DNA of 63,605 nt, the filler included, from Cercozoa sp. M6MM (Eukaryota; Protista; Endomyxa: Ascetosporea): the NCBI GenBank assembly GCA_040357565.1. It is 13 parts of 13 records of this genome, joined end to end, with 100 filler letters (N's around TTAATTAATTAA, not from the genome) between each part and the next. Parts side by side here need not be neighbours in the genome. Positions count along the whole stretch, not along the records: positions 60,926 to 63,605 come from JBDODJ010001721.1; 12 more parts are not named here. One strand, 5' to 3'. This document shows, one piece after another, positions 62,616 to 63,605 of the stretch; position 1 is the stretch's first letter; every line of letters starts with the position of its first letter. Under the pieces are notes generated by a model, which saw only the letters and a list, made by a program, of their open reading frames with translations, searched no databases and had not been told where the DNA came from. A program made the position numbers and the translations under genes.

Positions 62616-63520
62616 ATGCCTGTTTATGACGGCATCCGCGTGGGCGACGACCCAGTGAGCAGTGACGAGGAGCGTGCGGGATTCGACTCCGGTCTGAGCG
62701 ATGACGAGCTTCTCGAGATGCAGGCCGAGGTACCTGTGTTTGTGTTTTTCTTACCAAGAGGTTTATTTGTCGATCAGTCTGAACGCATCCGCGCGGAAGA
62801 CGTTGATCGCGCGTACAAGCAACAGAAAGGCCCAGAGATCACAATGGACAACCTTCGAATGGGTTTGCGCTACGGTGCATTGAACCGCAAGGCTACACAG
62901 GTGCTCCTTAACAACTAACCTGAGTGTGCTTTGGTCATTTTTCGTTTTTTGCTCAGACTGGACCAAAAGGCGTTTTGAAGGACTACCACGATGCGAAACT
63001 CAAGGTGTTTGCCTTTCAGAGATGAATTCTCGTGATTGACAACGTTTGCAGATGCGTGCACGACGCATCCGCGAGCGCGTCGCTTTCGATCGCGAAATCG
63101 AGCGGGTACAAAGCTTTGTTTCGAAATCGAAAGCTTTGCTTTGAAAGCTTTGGGCAAACTCGCGAAAAATTAAAGAAACTTGCGTGAAACGGAAAGGTGA
63201 ATTTCGCGTGAGCAGAGAGCTTTGGGCGCTGCGTCGGTCCAGCAGCAGTTGCAGCAGAAAAGGCAGCAAAGCGACAGGTAGCTTTGTCCTCCGAACCCCC
63301 TCCTCTTTACCCTCCTCTTTACCCTCCTCCTCTTTACTCCGTTGTCCCGTTGCCCCCTTTCAGCGAGAACAGCGATTCGGACAGCGAACTGTCGTCGGAG
63401 GACGACGGATTTTTCGAGGAGTGGCAACAGCGGCGTGTGCAGCAGATTCGCGACAGTATGCAAAGCTTTGGCGACTTGCTGGCCATGACGGCGCATCAGT
63501 TCGCTGCTGCCACTGCGCGG
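62616..63520 (+). CDS. PDCL: Phosducin-like protein (PhLP1 class), 3' partial
   Basis: TQ-TGPKGVLKDY helix-1 signature; EDDGFFEEWQQRRVQQI..FGDL preceding the thioredoxin-like domain. Confidence 0.88.
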
Positions 63521-63605
63521 GTTTACCCCCGTCTTTCCCCCCCCGCCCCCCGGCGGGTGGGCGTCTTTACTTCCGCTCTTTTATCCCTCTTACACTGCGC
63601 TTTTG

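Overview
This is eukaryotic, intron-dense protist-like DNA using the standard genetic code. It is not one locus: about 13 unrelated contigs are joined by an artificial N-TTAATTAATTAA-N spacer, and there are four 100-N scaffold gaps. Most listed ORFs are artefacts of introns and microsatellites, so I rebuilt genes by manual splicing; coordinates are gene spans that include introns. Recognisable genes: a TPR-prefoldin-4 fusion, a YeeE/YedE sulfur transporter, LSM7, calcineurin B, an ankyrin protein, EB1, succinyl-CoA ligase beta, cactin, a delta-8-type desaturase, a DnaJ protein, an atypical Ser/Thr kinase, PRP16/DHX38, a Myb protein, a C2H2 protein, an eIF4G-like MIF4G protein, a Dpy-30-motif protein, an NAD-IDH regulatory subunit, a PH-domain protein, a Zn2Cys6 transcription factor, a p24 protein, importin beta and a phosducin-like protein. 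A 28S rRNA fragment is also present. The best novelty candidate is an Hsp70/Hsp90 carboxylate-clamp TPR domain fused in frame, within a single exon, to full-length prefoldin subunit 4. Other leads are an unusual splice-donor pattern (GTAC/GTAG without +5G) with microsatellite- and G-tract-built introns, a kinase with tandem symmetric 'VDLDDLF' exons, and an abrupt 28S rDNA junction. All family assignments come from recalled motifs; no database searches were run.
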